Part shown: one piece after another, positions 19,472 through 29,158 of the stretch
Layout: every line of letters begins with the position of its first letter
Numbering within the stretch: the stretch's first letter is position 1
Virus record (IMG/VR): IMGVR_UViG_3300042345_000884
Span: 13,923 to 77,922 of that record
Length of the DNA: 64,000 bases
Origin: a virus
Direction: 5' to 3' (one strand)
Program-made: the position numbers and the translations under genes
The notes under the pieces: model-generated
Told to the model about the DNA's origin: nothing
The model's database searches: none
Seen by the model: the letters and a program-made list of their open reading frames with translations, nothing else

Positions 19472-19798
19472 ATGAATATTGTGTTAATAATTATTAACTT
19501 TTTAGCAACTATTGTATTAAGTATATTTTTACTTTATATTGCTTTAATTTTTGCTGTTGTTCTGTGTAGAGTGTTTTTTAGATTTAAGACTAATTTAATT
19601 TACACAATTAAACAATTCAAATACTATTCAGTAGCTGAATACAATCGAATTAGTTCCTGTAAATATTACAATCCTGAAACCCACAAAAACTTTAATCTAA
19701 AATGTAGTGTAAATCCTTCTGTTTCTTGTGTACAATGTAGAGACTGGGAATCGTTAAAAGTAAAAAAGCAACCAAAATATGACATCAGCAAATCTTAA
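19472..19798 (+). CDS. Membrane-anchored Cys-rich protein (DUF6464-like)
   Basis: TM segment then CKYY...LKCSVNP...CVQC. Confidence 0.5.
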   Translation: MNIVLIIINFLATIVLSIFLLYIALIFAVVLCRVFFRFKTNLIYTIKQFKYYSVAEYNRISSCKYYNPETHKNFNLKCSVNPSVSCVQCRDWESLKVKKQPKYDISKS

Positions 19799-20840
19799 CG
19801 ATAAAATGCCTATTTCTCCGATCTTTAATCCGTTGGGAGATGATGCGACTGGAACTCGATCTATCTGGTTTGGTAATACTACTAACCTAATGCAATTAAA
19901 TGACGTTCGTTATACTTGGGCGGTAGGTTTATATCAACAGATGCGCGAGAATTTCTGGATACCGCAAAAAATAGACGTCACTCAAGACGTAACTGATTAT
20001 AACAACTTAACCTTAGATGAAAGACGTGCTTATGATGGTATTTTGTCTTATTTAACTTTTCTTGATTCTGTCCAGACCTGTAACATCCCCCACCTAAAAT
20101 CTTGTGTGACAGCCCCAGAGATTAGCCTTTGTATGGGAGAACAAATCTCTCAAGAGGCAATGCACAATCAAAGCTATCAATACTTAATTGAAACGATTAT
20201 TCCCTCGGATCGGAGAAGTCAAGTTTATGACTTTTGGCGTACTGATAGAGTTCTTAAGGATCGTTGTGAATTTATTGCTAATCTCTACCAAGAATACATC
20301 GATAAACAAACAACTAAAAGCTATTTTATCGCCCTTCTTGCTGATTATTTGCTAGAAAGCTTGTATTTCTATAACGGCTTTATCTTCTTCTATAATCTTG
20401 CTTCTCGACAATTAATGCCTGGTTCTGCCGATATTTTTAGGATGATTAATCGAGACGAATTAAGCCACGTCAGATTATATCAAAAGTTAATCGTTGAGGC
20501 GATGAATATCTTCTCTTATAGCAAACAAGAAATAGAAGATTTATTTTATTGTGCGGTTGAACAAGAAATTAAATGGACTAATCATATTGTCGGTAATCAA
20601 ATATTAGGAATTACCGAAGATAGCACTGATCAATACACAAAATATCTAGCCAATATTCGATTAAGGGCGATTGGCTTAAATCCGATTTTTACCGACGATA
20701 AATACAAAAAATCTCCTTATTCGCATCTAGAAAAATTCTCTGATACTCAAGGGGAAGGTCATACTAAATCAAACTTTTTTGAAGCAACTGTCACCAGTTA
20801 TGTTATGTCTTCTGGCTTAACTGGATGGGATGACATTTAA
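19779..20840 (+). CDS. nrdB: Class I ribonucleotide reductase beta subunit
   Basis: FW.P, EAMHNQSY, FYNGF, INRDELSH, NFFE..VTSY. Confidence 0.97.
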   Translation: MTSANLNDKMPISPIFNPLGDDATGTRSIWFGNTTNLMQLNDVRYTWAVGLYQQMRENFWIPQKIDVTQDVTDYNNLTLDERRAYDGILSYLTFLDSVQTCNIPHLKSCVTAPEISLCMGEQISQEAMHNQSYQYLIETIIPSDRRSQVYDFWRTDRVLKDRCEFIANLYQEYIDKQTTKSYFIALLADYLLESLYFYNGFIFFYNLASRQLMPGSADIFRMINRDELSHVRLYQKLIVEAMNIFSYSKQEIEDLFYCAVEQEIKWTNHIVGNQILGITEDSTDQYTKYLANIRLRAIGLNPIFTDDKYKKSPYSHLEKFSDTQGEGHTKSNFFEATVTSYVMSSGLTGWDDI

Positions 20841-20919
20841 TTTAATTGCTTAATCTTTGAAATTTTTGGCATCTTAATAAGTGGCAAAATTTTACCACTC
20901 TTTTATCAAAATACGATAA

Positions 20920-21087
20920 TTAACGATAAAGTCCGTTTATTTTCACTAATGGTATTTTTTGCTGGTAAATTTCATCAATTTTAATCCAAAGCATTCCTTT
21001 AATATAAATTCCATTAGCAACCTTAATCCAAACTTCTGCAGGAATAGGTAAAGGAATTAAAGGAACTCTTGGACGTAAAAAACCCAC
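20920..21087 (-). CDS. Small virion/tail-associated protein (55 aa, GTG start)
   Basis: VWIKVANG..LWIKIDE..LVKING repeats; directly follows the upstream gene. Confidence 0.45.
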   Translation of the reverse strand: MGFLRPRVPLIPLPIPAEVWIKVANGIYIKGMLWIKIDEIYQQKIPLVKINGLYR

Positions 21088-21088
21088 T

Positions 21089-21904
21089 TTAATCTCCTAT
21101 GAATGGCGGTCGGTTGGCGAATGGGTGAGAAGCAAACAGAAGGTCTTGATAGCCAAACTTCCACGCACCCCAACCAAGAATAAGATCATCTTCGTAATCA
21201 CTCAACATTCGCTGGAAGTGCAAGACAGCAAAGCATTTACACATTATATTCGGCGATAAATAATTTAAAATGCCAAGAAAACCTACTGTCGTGGCTGAGG
21301 CAAGGAACCTGCCACAGGCGATAGATTCCCGGACGGTTGCTGGTCGGTAGTCTGAGAGGTAGGTATCAATAAATGAAGAAGATAAATAACTGTTTTTACG
21401 TTGAGACATAATCACCCTTCTATTATCAAGCGATGTTTGTGTCGACAACAAACGAGATCGCCAACCTCCATCAAATAGGCCAATAGCAAAATCTGGGATA
21501 ATATTCGCTGCCAAGAGAACGGAGTTTTCTAGACTATATTGACTGAGATTGAACATATACTGGCCAAGAGCGGTAGCACCGAAAAAGTAAGCACTAAATC
21601 CAGACGCAGGCTGTAACGAGTATGAGATTCCTAACGGGTAGCCTAAAGCTTGAGCGTTATCTTTGTGAAAACAGGGTAATCCGTTTTGCGGGAAAATGAA
21701 TTGCTTTGTTGATGCTATTCCTCCTCGGCTAAAGGAAGATCCTAAACTTCCTAAATTTAGAATTGTTACAAAACCAGAGCTATCTAATACGTTATTTGCG
21801 AGCGCATCAACGTATAATTCTGGATGCAATAGATCAGGGGTCCACAACCGCCCTTGTAATCGGGCTTCATCGTATATCCAATTTAATCCTACTCCTCTAG
21901 GCAT
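21089..21904 (-). CDS. Putative tail fibre/receptor-binding protein (LamG-like)
   Basis: LWTP..L, beta-rich body, C-terminal LSD...WKFG...HPF..PP. Confidence 0.55.
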   Translation of the reverse strand: MPRGVGLNWIYDEARLQGRLWTPDLLHPELYVDALANNVLDSSGFVTILNLGSLGSSFSRGGIASTKQFIFPQNGLPCFHKDNAQALGYPLGISYSLQPASGFSAYFFGATALGQYMFNLSQYSLENSVLLAANIIPDFAIGLFDGGWRSRLLSTQTSLDNRRVIMSQRKNSYLSSSFIDTYLSDYRPATVRESIACGRFLASATTVGFLGILNYLSPNIMCKCFAVLHFQRMLSDYEDDLILGWGAWKFGYQDLLFASHPFANRPPFIGD

Positions 21905-22314
21905 TAATTAACCTCTTCATTCCATCTAAAACTTACTAAAGTATTGCCACTAGAGGGTATAGTAGCTCCCAGATTATTAGTAATATAAAGCCCCCAAGTT
22001 GATGCGTAAGGAATGCGAATCGAAGCCGCTAAATTTACTTGCCGAGAACCCGTCCCTGTCAACGCAGGGAGTTGAATTTCGCTGTTATTTTCAGCGTAAA
22101 AACTTCCCCTTTTTCTTCTTAGAATTATTGAGATCGAGCCGGTGCTACTAGGGGTCATATTTCCAGATTGAAACCACAGCCCTAGATAAAAATTCTTATT
22201 GGTTGTATTTTCAATATCTCCTATAAAAACAGTAGTTTCTGTAACCACACCATTTAAAGGGGTCGCTAAATTAGCAGATTCTGCACTTAAAGCCGACCAA
22301 GTTGCAACTGCCAT
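21904..22314 (-). CDS. Putative virion structural protein
   Basis: Beta-rich 136 aa in the fibre cluster. Confidence 0.5.
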   Translation of the reverse strand: MAVATWSALSAESANLATPLNGVVTETTVFIGDIENTTNKNFYLGLWFQSGNMTPSSTGSISIILRRKRGSFYAENNSEIQLPALTGTGSRQVNLAASIRIPYASTWGLYITNNLGATIPSSGNTLVSFRWNEEVN

Positions 22315-22808
22315 TAAGAGATACCCCCTCTCGATATTCCAATTATTCTAGGATTAATTTCCACGCCATTTAATTGCGCCCAACTTTTTCCTAAAACTTG
22401 TTTTTCTTCTAATACAATTAAAGATTCTAACCGTGTTTTAGTTGGTGCTGAAATTAAATCGGCTTGAAATAAACTAGCTACTATTTGCTGAAAAGTTGCC
22501 AAGTATTCTGATTGATTAAGATCTAAGGCTTCCAATTCACTTAAGACAGCATTAACACTGTAACAAATATTCTTAATCGATTTATTTTCTCCATTAGAAA
22601 TGTAATCAACTATATTAAATAATTCTTGAGCAAGAATTAATATAGTTTTAATTTCTCTAATTTGCACAGGTTTGTACTCACTTTGCAGAATTACAATCGG
22701 CTCATTTAACTTATCAGAAATAGCCCAATCGGGAACACTTTCGATAGTTCCCTCAAATTGATCTTTTAACTCGTTGGCAACTTGATTGATTTTGTCTAGT
22801 AATTCCAT
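22314..22808 (-). CDS. Hypothetical protein of the fibre cluster
   Basis: 164-aa coupled ORF, SWAQLNG motif. Confidence 0.55.
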   Translation of the reverse strand: MELLDKINQVANELKDQFEGTIESVPDWAISDKLNEPIVILQSEYKPVQIREIKTILILAQELFNIVDYISNGENKSIKNICYSVNAVLSELEALDLNQSEYLATFQQIVASLFQADLISAPTKTRLESLIVLEEKQVLGKSWAQLNGVEINPRIIGISRGGIS

Positions 22809-22812
22809 AGTT

Positions 22813-23037
22813 TTAAGTTACTTGGATGTAAATGCTACCTTCTGGGTTTCCATCGTTATTGTTAGGAGGCGATGTTCCGTATGTAATGGTAGTTTGGTTT
22901 ATAGGATAAGCCGCGCTTCCCGTAGCATCAGCGACATAAATCATGATTCCAGTGCCTACTCTAACAAAATAAACAGCATTAGGCGTTAGGGTAGGGGGGA
23001 GGACTCCTAATACTTTTTCAGGGCGAAAAACTACCAT
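22813..23037 (-). CDS. Small tail-fibre-associated protein
   Basis: KVLGVLP..L.PNAVYFV and GTSPP....G..GSIYIQ; paralogous to the N-terminus of the adjacent gene. Confidence 0.55.
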   Translation of the reverse strand: MVVFRPEKVLGVLPPTLTPNAVYFVRVGTGIMIYVADATGSAAYPINQTTITYGTSPPNNNDGNPEGSIYIQVT

Positions 23038-23606
23038 GCAATTGTTCCCTCCCATTCAATTTTAGGCAAGCTATTATTATAGGTAAAAAGTCCATCAGTA
23101 TTTTCTCCTATTTTATCAAGCTGAGTTTTATTGGTGTGAGTGTGGCTATTGGACACCGCCGTATCAATAGCAGTAGGAGAGCTAGTAGGCCTTCCCTGAA
23201 TATTAGCCCATTGTGAAATCAAATCAAGCGATTCAGCTTCGTTTAATTTAATCCAAGAAGTCGTAGAAACTCTATAGAGGTAAGTAGCCGCGCCGCTTGT
23301 CACAGTGGAATCGCCAGTCGCGTCCAGAACCAATACCTGAGTGTTTTTGGTCAGCACTAAAGCATTTCTTGCTGCTATATCAGCTACAATCGGCATTTCA
23401 CCAGCTAATCCAGAAATTGAAGCATCGATTAATGCCTGAATATCTACATCTGTCAATAGTCGCTTTAGAGCAGTCCCAGAAGTATTGCTTACATATATTT
23501 CAATATAGTTCGGCTTGTCTTGAGGCGCAACAAAAAACACAGCGTTACCCTCGCAGGGTAGCGATGGGACTGCAGTTAATTTAGAGGGCTTAAAAGTTGT
23601 GCTCAT
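23031..23606 (-). CDS. Tail fibre-like structural protein
   Basis: VADIAARNAL...VLVLDATGD.TV.SGAATY, WANIQGRP, HTHTNK..LDKI. Confidence 0.65.
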   Translation of the reverse strand: MSTTFKPSKLTAVPSLPCEGNAVFFVAPQDKPNYIEIYVSNTSGTALKRLLTDVDIQALIDASISGLAGEMPIVADIAARNALVLTKNTQVLVLDATGDSTVTSGAATYLYRVSTTSWIKLNEAESLDLISQWANIQGRPTSSPTAIDTAVSNSHTHTNKTQLDKIGENTDGLFTYNNSLPKIEWEGTIAW

Positions 23607-23610
23607 ATTT

Positions 23611-23970
23611 TTACCAGTCTGTAATTATCCATTGCGTGTTTTCTAGGCTATTAAGCCAATCTTGCTCCGTGCCAGTGAATCCATTATCAATAGCCACTTG
23701 ATAAGCTGATTTACCTTCACTGCCACGAATATCAATTGCATTAGCAATTAAAGAAACTAATCCAGAAGCTCCGATATACCCTCCGATATCGGGGGGTAAA
23801 CCAGAACCTCCTACCCAGCCAGATACTTGCAATACCCGACGATTGCCATCAGAAATTAAAGAAAGAATAGGAGACCAGCCAGCATTCCCTAAAGTAGCTG
23901 AAAGAATTATCTTTTGAGAACTACCTGTTATTTCTGCTATCGCACCAGAGGATTGAACAATGACTGCCAT
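23611..23970 (-). CDS. Tail fibre component
   Basis: GKSAYQVAIDNGFTGTEQDWLNSL motif common in phage fibres. Confidence 0.65.
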   Translation of the reverse strand: MAVIVQSSGAIAEITGSSQKIILSATLGNAGWSPILSLISDGNRRVLQVSGWVGGSGLPPDIGGYIGASGLVSLIANAIDIRGSEGKSAYQVAIDNGFTGTEQDWLNSLENTQWIITDW

Positions 23971-24428
23971 CAGACTTGCCCCCTCACTACTACAGGAGTT
24001 AAATCAAGGGCTAAAGGTTGAACTATCAATTTAGTAGCAATTGATTTAGAAGCCTCTAAATCAGCTTGCCAGTAATCCCTACCAGCTTTCGGTTGTTCAA
24101 TTTCTTTAAAAGCAATAGGGGTAACTTCCATCTCAGCAGTAATATTACTATCGATAATTAGCTTAAAATAAGTGTAATTTTCATATTCAGTTCCCTCTAC
24201 CGTAAAATCTCCAAACTGCAATCCCTCGATCCGACCAGTAGCTATTCTAGCCTCGCCTGATTGCTTGGCAATATAAAAATTAATGTTCCATCCTGTAAAA
24301 TCTCCTTGAATAAAAAACTCCTCATCCCAAGTCGTTCCCTGCTTAACCTCGATAACAGTTTCACTGGCAATCGTAGGATACGACTGCCCTATTAAATAGA
24401 GATTACCTGTAAGGACTTTTTGAGACAT
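23970..24428 (-). CDS. Baseplate/fibre-anchoring protein (BppU-like)
   Basis: IEVKQGTTW start, YWQADLE; first gene of the fibre cluster. Confidence 0.5.
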   Translation of the reverse strand: MSQKVLTGNLYLIGQSYPTIASETVIEVKQGTTWDEEFFIQGDFTGWNINFYIAKQSGEARIATGRIEGLQFGDFTVEGTEYENYTYFKLIIDSNITAEMEVTPIAFKEIEQPKAGRDYWQADLEASKSIATKLIVQPLALDLTPVVVRGQV

Positions 24429-24675
24429 TAACGAGATTGTACTGTTTATTGTATTATATATTGAATTTTCTTTTTTGAGATATACTTAAAAGGAAAACAT
24501 ATTTACACCGCCGCGCTCTTTTATACCGCACCCGGGAGCGCGGTTATTTTTTTGCCTTGACAATTCTATTAGGACTGTGAGAAAATTCTTAAAAAGATTG
24601 ACTTGGACTACCGCTTTACGAGGGAGCGTTTTTTTTTATCTATCCGTATTACATATATTACAAATACTACAGAGC

Positions 24676-25375
24676 GATTGTTAGATTGTAGATAGATTGT
24701 AGATAACCCTATCTACAATCGAAACCTTTACCCTATAAAGGTTCTAGACTTTGTTGATATTGTCAATGCCTTACAGAGGAAAAAAGAAAATAGAGTAAAA
24801 GATGTACGGCAAGGTCAGCAATAAAAGTGATTAAACGCAAAACTGACTCTATTGACAAAATGCCGTATTTTTGGCTAATCAGGGAATTTTAGAGGTGAAA
24901 AGTGATTCATCGCTAATTTGTTCTTTTTGTGTTTGATTGTAAATAGGCTTATCTACAATTGAAAGCCTTACCCTGATTAGATTTTAGACTTTGTAGATAT
25001 TGTCGATGTCTTATAGGGAGGAGAGAAAGATAAAGAAACCAAACAAGGTTAGCAATAAAAAGAAACAGTCTCAACAGTAAAGCAAAAAACACACACGGGG
25101 TAATCATTAACAATATCTACAAAGAAGTAAAAAAAGGATGAAAGTATTGATATATATAGCTTTCATCTTTTCTGTCTTTGTAAATACCCTTATTTACAAT
25201 CTATTTACAAACTAACAATCTAATTAATCGAAGTCAGCAATAAGAACACAAAAAAACCCGACACGGGGATAAGGCTAACAATATAAACAAAGTCTGAAAT
25301 CTATATATATCAAGGATTCCATTGTTAATATTTCTATCTACAATCTATCTACAATCTATTTACAGACTAACAAAC
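24676..25375. repeat. Cluster of four arm elements (two forward, two inverted); candidate origin region
   Basis: GATTGTAGATA-N4-TATCTACAATC-GAAACC...-AGACTTTGT(A/T)GATATTGT near 24696 and 24935; reverse copies about 25100-25210 and 25262-25365. Confidence 0.8.
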
Positions 25376-25380
25376 TAGCC

Positions 25381-25459
25381 AAGCTCCGAACATTACCCAC
25401 TAAGCTCCGAACATTAGGCTGTTAAGCTCCGAACATTACCCACTAAGCTCCGAACATTA
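25381..25459. repeat. Four iteron-like direct repeats AAGCTCCGAACATTA
   Basis: Exact 15-mers at 25381, 25402, 25424 and 25445 (period 21/22/21). Confidence 0.9.
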
Positions 25460-25465
25460 GATAAT

Positions 25466-25494
25466 AAAAACCCCTGTAGTCCCTACAGGGGGTT
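25466..25494. terminator. Intrinsic terminator
   Basis: AACCCCTGTAG-tcc-CTACAGGGGGTT hairpin with T-tract on the minus strand, after the 25556-26080 gene. Confidence 0.7.
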
Positions 25495-25555
25495 AGTTGT
25501 ATCAGTTATGCAACAGTTATCGCTTTTATCTTAGCAGTAAACAAATGCTTTTCAC

Positions 25556-26080
25556 CTAATATCCCCCCATTAACTCGATTTGTTCTTCTAGGGTAGAGTT
25601 CTCGCTCTCAAGCTTTTTGATTTGCTCTTTTAAGTCAAGTATCTCGTCAATATAGTCAACTTCTTTGTAGTCCAATTTTTCGATTTTGGCAGTTAATTCA
25701 GCAATTTGGCTATCAAGTCGCTTGTTAGTCTCAATTGCCTCACTTTTGACCTGAAAACCCGCTAATGTGTGAAGGAATAAGCGAACGCCCAACTGCATTA
25801 CTTTTAGGGCTAGTTCGTGATTGTCTTTAATTAGCCACTGGCAGATTAAATTTTCTGGTATCAATGCAACGGTTCGTAACCCACTTGCTGTCTCGATTTG
25901 AGCCTGTTCAAGACCTTTTTCACGCAAACCACTCATAGTCAAACGGCGAGAAACAGTCGAAGGTATTTTCCCTGACATCCGGGCATATCCACTAATTGAG
26001 GCAAAGCTCTCACCGGTCTGGGTATCGATGATTAACTCGATACCATCGTGATCAAAACGTTGTAAACTAGAAACAGCCAT
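25556..26080 (-). CDS. Antirepressor-like DNA-binding protein with coiled-coil tail
   Basis: LIIDTQTGESFASISGYARMSG...IETASGLRTVALI...GVRLFLH.LAGF. Confidence 0.65.
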   Translation of the reverse strand: MAVSSLQRFDHDGIELIIDTQTGESFASISGYARMSGKIPSTVSRRLTMSGLREKGLEQAQIETASGLRTVALIPENLICQWLIKDNHELALKVMQLGVRLFLHTLAGFQVKSEAIETNKRLDSQIAELTAKIEKLDYKEVDYIDEILDLKEQIKKLESENSTLEEQIELMGGY

Positions 26081-26102
26081 AATGACTCCTGATTAGTCTT
26101 AT

Positions 26103-26146
26103 TGGTTAGTCCCCCGTTAACGCGGGGGCATACCAATATTATACCG
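26103..26146 (-). promoter_or_regulatory. -10 box plus conserved 5' hairpin (copy 1)
   Basis: TATAAT-N6-ATGCCCCCG..CGGGGGACTAACCA. Confidence 0.75.
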
Positions 26147-26156
26147 TATTTAAAAT

Positions 26157-26396
26157 ATGCCTGACAAATTTGACCGATGTGGTGGGTATTCAGCAAAAAT
26201 TGACCGATTACCAGGTATTCCTCCTGATTTCAAGTCGAATGTCGTCAAACCACCACAATCCAGGGTTATTGTTTTACTGAAAACCGGAGAAGTCACAGGA
26301 ATTCCCGATGATCAGCTAGAGTCTTTCCTTGAGGAAAACCAAGATTTAATTCAAGATCGACAATCACCCAGAAAAAGACCGATTAGAAAACTTTAA
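26157..26396 (+). CDS. Hypothetical protein
   Basis: 79-aa ORF. Confidence 0.55.
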   Translation: MPDKFDRCGGYSAKIDRLPGIPPDFKSNVVKPPQSRVIVLLKTGEVTGIPDDQLESFLEENQDLIQDRQSPRKRPIRKL

Positions 26397-26400
26397 AGCA

Positions 26401-26694
26401 ATGACAAACACAGAAATCCTTGTTTTGCGGACTCTTTACAATAAAGAATTGTCGGGATTACAGACAATTCAATCTATAGCTGATATTAAAGGTAAAAGCC
26501 TTGATATTGGCTCATTTTACCCTGTATTCCAAAAGCTAGAGGAAAAAGAACTTATTAAATCCCGATGGGGAACTGAACGATCTAGCGATAGAGGCGGTGC
26601 TAGAAAAAGATACTATCGGCTCACCCGATCAGGAGAAAAAGCCCTTGCTGATATACAAGGATTTAATAATTCTCTTAACTGGGATTTTGTTTAA
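26401..26694 (+). CDS. PadR-family transcriptional regulator
   Basis: GSFYPVFQKLEEKELIKSRW...RKRYYRLTRSG. Confidence 0.9.
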   Translation: MTNTEILVLRTLYNKELSGLQTIQSIADIKGKSLDIGSFYPVFQKLEEKELIKSRWGTERSSDRGGARKRYYRLTRSGEKALADIQGFNNSLNWDFV

Positions 26695-26698
26695 TCAG

Positions 26699-26769
26699 TG
26701 TCGGGGATGGGAATTGAACCCACTGTTTCAAGCTTATGAGACTTGCGTGAACCGTTTTACTCCCCCGGC
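26699..26769 (-). tRNA. tRNA with CAT anticodon (Met or Ile2)
   Basis: GCCGGGG/CCCCGAC-A acceptor (one mismatch), CAAGT-CTCATAA-GCTTG anticodon arm, GTGGG-TTCAATT-CCCAT T arm; weak D arm; no CCA. Confidence 0.8.
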
Positions 26770-26789
26770 TTTATTATTGTATCACACTT

Positions 26790-26993
26790 TCAATCAATGC
26801 GATAAACAATTTCGTTAGGCTGTACTTCATACCTATCACAGATTGCCTGTAAAACTGCTATAGAAGGAAGCTGATCAGGATTTTGGGACAGTTTGTACCC
26901 CGTGGACATTGCGATGCCTGTTTGTTGAATGAATTTATAGACTGTGATCCCTCTTTCTTCCGTAAATTCCTTGACTCTGTTTTTTAGTACCAT
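26790..26993 (-). CDS. Cro/C1-type HTH repressor
   Basis: NRVKEF..RGITVY...TGIA..T.YKL...PS..VL..ICD.YEVQP.EI. Confidence 0.85.
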   Translation of the reverse strand: MVLKNRVKEFTEERGITVYKFIQQTGIAMSTGYKLSQNPDQLPSIAVLQAICDRYEVQPNEIVYRID

Positions 26994-27045
26994 TGTATTA
27001 GTTTTGTGTCTCTACAATTTATTATAACTTTTTTTAGAATAATGC

Positions 27046-27075
27046 TTGACAATATTACTGACTTCGCGGTAATAT
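27046..27075 (+). promoter_or_regulatory. Promoter with overlapping palindromic operator, divergent from the HTH repressor
   Basis: TTGACA then inverted repeat ATATTAC...GTAATAT covering the -10 TAATAT. Confidence 0.65.
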
Positions 27076-27155
27076 ACAGATATAGAGAAAGACGACCACC
27101 TCCAACTGCAAATTAGTGTGATCGCCTTTCCGTCAACCCTTATCAGGTCTAAGCC

Positions 27156-27602
27156 ATGATATCATCTAATTCTGCTTCTGTCAAAATCCCCATTATGTCC
27201 GGCAATTTTACTATGGTTGCCAAAGATCAAAAACATCGCGTATCCCTTGAAGTGTGGGGAAAAGGTCAGGTAACAACCCTCCGAGTCACTTGCCAGCAGA
27301 CTGGTAAAGAATGGTGGTTTGATGCACTCAACGGTAAATTGTGGCGCGGATTCGATCCTGATAAAAAAATCCCCAACTGCGAATTACCCGCAATCGAATT
27401 TATTACACCTGCGCGTCCTGCTCCTTCTCAATTACCTATTTCTTCTCGTAAATACGAAGATTGGGTAATGGTGGGCGGATGCCCATATCTGGTTCCTTCA
27501 AACGAACCCGACGACGATTTTATCTATGACGATGACGAACCGTCGGATTTAAGTCGGTACAGTGAGCCAGCAACCGACCCGATGACATGGCAAGAGTTTT
27601 AA
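27156..27602 (+). CDS. Hypothetical protein
   Basis: 148-aa ORF with acidic tail. Confidence 0.6.
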   Translation: MISSNSASVKIPIMSGNFTMVAKDQKHRVSLEVWGKGQVTTLRVTCQQTGKEWWFDALNGKLWRGFDPDKKIPNCELPAIEFITPARPAPSQLPISSRKYEDWVMVGGCPYLVPSNEPDDDFIYDDDEPSDLSRYSEPATDPMTWQEF

Positions 27603-27633
27603 AGTTATCAGTTATCAGTTGTCAGTTATCAGT
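27603..27633 (+). repeat. Heptamer run (CAGTTAT)n; further runs near 14429, 28430, 28730, 29110, 38740, 40090, 41515, 42117 and 42436
   Basis: Directly visible intergenic STRR-like runs. Confidence 0.85.
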
Positions 27634-27659
27634 TAGGCCGCTTTTCTAAAAGGAGAAAA

Positions 27660-27851
27660 ATGAACACTCGAATTGTCACAATTACGAAGGTTTCCAAAAA
27701 TAGTATCACCCATAATGAAGGCTTGTCTGCTAGTCCGAAATGGTTCCCCGGCGCAAAGGTAGGACAGCAGTGGCGTCTTACAACAGATGATGATGGCATG
27801 TATCCGCTAGGTGAAATCAAAGAAGCCGTGCTAATCAAGGAAGCGGACTAA
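27660..27851 (+). CDS. Hypothetical protein
   Basis: 63 aa with AGGAG RBS. Confidence 0.6.
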   Translation: MNTRIVTITKVSKNSITHNEGLSASPKWFPGAKVGQQWRLTTDDDGMYPLGEIKEAVLIKEAD

Positions 27852-27928
27852 CAAAGCGTGGAGCGGACGGGTGAAACTTTTCCCGTTATATCGGTTTTAT
27901 CTGTCCGCCGCTCACGCAAGCCGTTATC

Positions 27929-27991
27929 AGTACAAACGTTTAGAAATAATTCTCCCAAATACTTGACTTTATTGGGAGAATATCGTAAGAT
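27929..27991 (+). promoter_or_regulatory. 63-bp promoter/operator repeat, copy 1 of 6
   Basis: AGTACAAACGTT..TTCTCCCAA-atac-TTGACT-ttaTTGGGAGAA..TAAGAT. Confidence 0.85.
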
Positions 27992-28043
27992 GAGTCTAGA
28001 CAAGTAAAACAAGGAGATTAAGGAGATTAAGGAGATTAAGGTA

Positions 28044-28418
28044 ATGATTATTAACGCAACCCCCCATGTAATAACAATAGTTTCCAAAAAAGGAGTCGAG
28101 CAAGACTCCAAAAGACAGTTTCTTGCTGAAACCGTCGAAGTTGTCAAAGAAATCCCCCCGTCAGGGGTTCTTCCCCGTGTTTCCATGAGCAATTCCCCCG
28201 CAGGGGAAATTAACGGGATTCCTATTGAATCCGTCATTTATGGGGAGATCGAGGGACTCCCTGAGTATCAGAAGGATGTTTACTACATCGTCTCTGGATT
28301 AGTGGCTGCCGCGGCCGCTAAAGTAGGTCGTGTGGACTGCCTTGCTCCTGGCGCATTAGTCCGGGACAAAAATAACCCTGGGGTTATTTTAGGTTGTCTG
28401 TTTTTACAAAGACCTTAA
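28044..28418 (+). CDS. Conserved phage hypothetical protein
   Basis: INATPH...GLPE...YIVS..VA...R.D...PG..VRD pattern; preceded by (AAGGAGATT)x3. Confidence 0.7.
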   Translation: MIINATPHVITIVSKKGVEQDSKRQFLAETVEVVKEIPPSGVLPRVSMSNSPAGEINGIPIESVIYGEIEGLPEYQKDVYYIVSGLVAAAAAKVGRVDCLAPGALVRDKNNPGVILGCLFLQRP

Positions 28419-28471
28419 ATTGTCAGCATAGTTATCAGTTATCAGCTAACAACTTATTTAGGAGTAAAAAA

Positions 28472-28717
28472 ATGAAGGGTATTCGCATTGAAGGTATCTC
28501 TTTAAACGTAGGTAAAATCACGCTTTTTGTTAAACAAAAGCACATAATGACAGTTTTGACTGCTTATGAAAATGTATTGCCTTGTTCAGCATTTGAAAGC
28601 CTTGAACAATACTATGTAATGTTCTATCCTGATTTAAATCTGCCTCCGATTATTACGACATCTGAGTTGTCACCAGACATAAAGGAATGGATTTATACTG
28701 TTCTTAATACCTACTAA
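28472..28717 (+). CDS. Hypothetical protein
   Basis: AGGAG RBS. Confidence 0.55.
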   Translation: MKGIRIEGISLNVGKITLFVKQKHIMTVLTAYENVLPCSAFESLEQYYVMFYPDLNLPPIITTSELSPDIKEWIYTVLNTY

Positions 28718-28768
28718 TAGATAGTGGTCATCAGTTATCAGCTAACAACTTATTTAGGAGTAAAAAAA

Positions 28769-29107
28769 ATGAACAAACTAGAAAATCTTAGTAATTTTCA
28801 TGGCACGGAAAATTACTATACTAATCCCCTTTACCCGTTTGAGTACACCGACGGTATTAAATACTTAGTAGAAAATGGGGGAGGCTATTGGATACTTGAT
28901 GCAATTGCGTCATGGCAAAAAGAACTTGATTCAAGCCAGATTCAGTTCTGGATGCTAATAGTTAACTCCGATAAATCCGCAGTCCTTACCTGCGAACAAG
29001 ACAATGAATCTGCCATAAGTCAGCAGATCCCATTTACCGATTTTCCTCTTTCAGAGGTCACGCTTTGGTTGTGTGACGGTGTTTTATTGCTATCCTCTGA
29101 GTATTAG
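28769..29107 (+). CDS. DUF6876-like protein
   Basis: FHGTENYY, YTDGIKYL, YWILDAIAS, IPFTDFPL, LLLSSEY. Confidence 0.75.
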   Translation: MNKLENLSNFHGTENYYTNPLYPFEYTDGIKYLVENGGGYWILDAIASWQKELDSSQIQFWMLIVNSDKSAVLTCEQDNESAISQQIPFTDFPLSEVTLWLCDGVLLLSSEY

Positions 29108-29158
29108 TTTCAGTTATCAGTTATCAGTTATCAGTAAAAATAACTTAGGAGTAAAACA

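Noticed and set aside
17185-20840. Intron or intein in nrdA/nrdB
   Set aside because: Both are continuous and of normal length, with no splicing or homing motifs
25381-25459. Second CRISPR array
   Set aside because: 15-bp repeats with 6-7 bp alternating spacers, far too short
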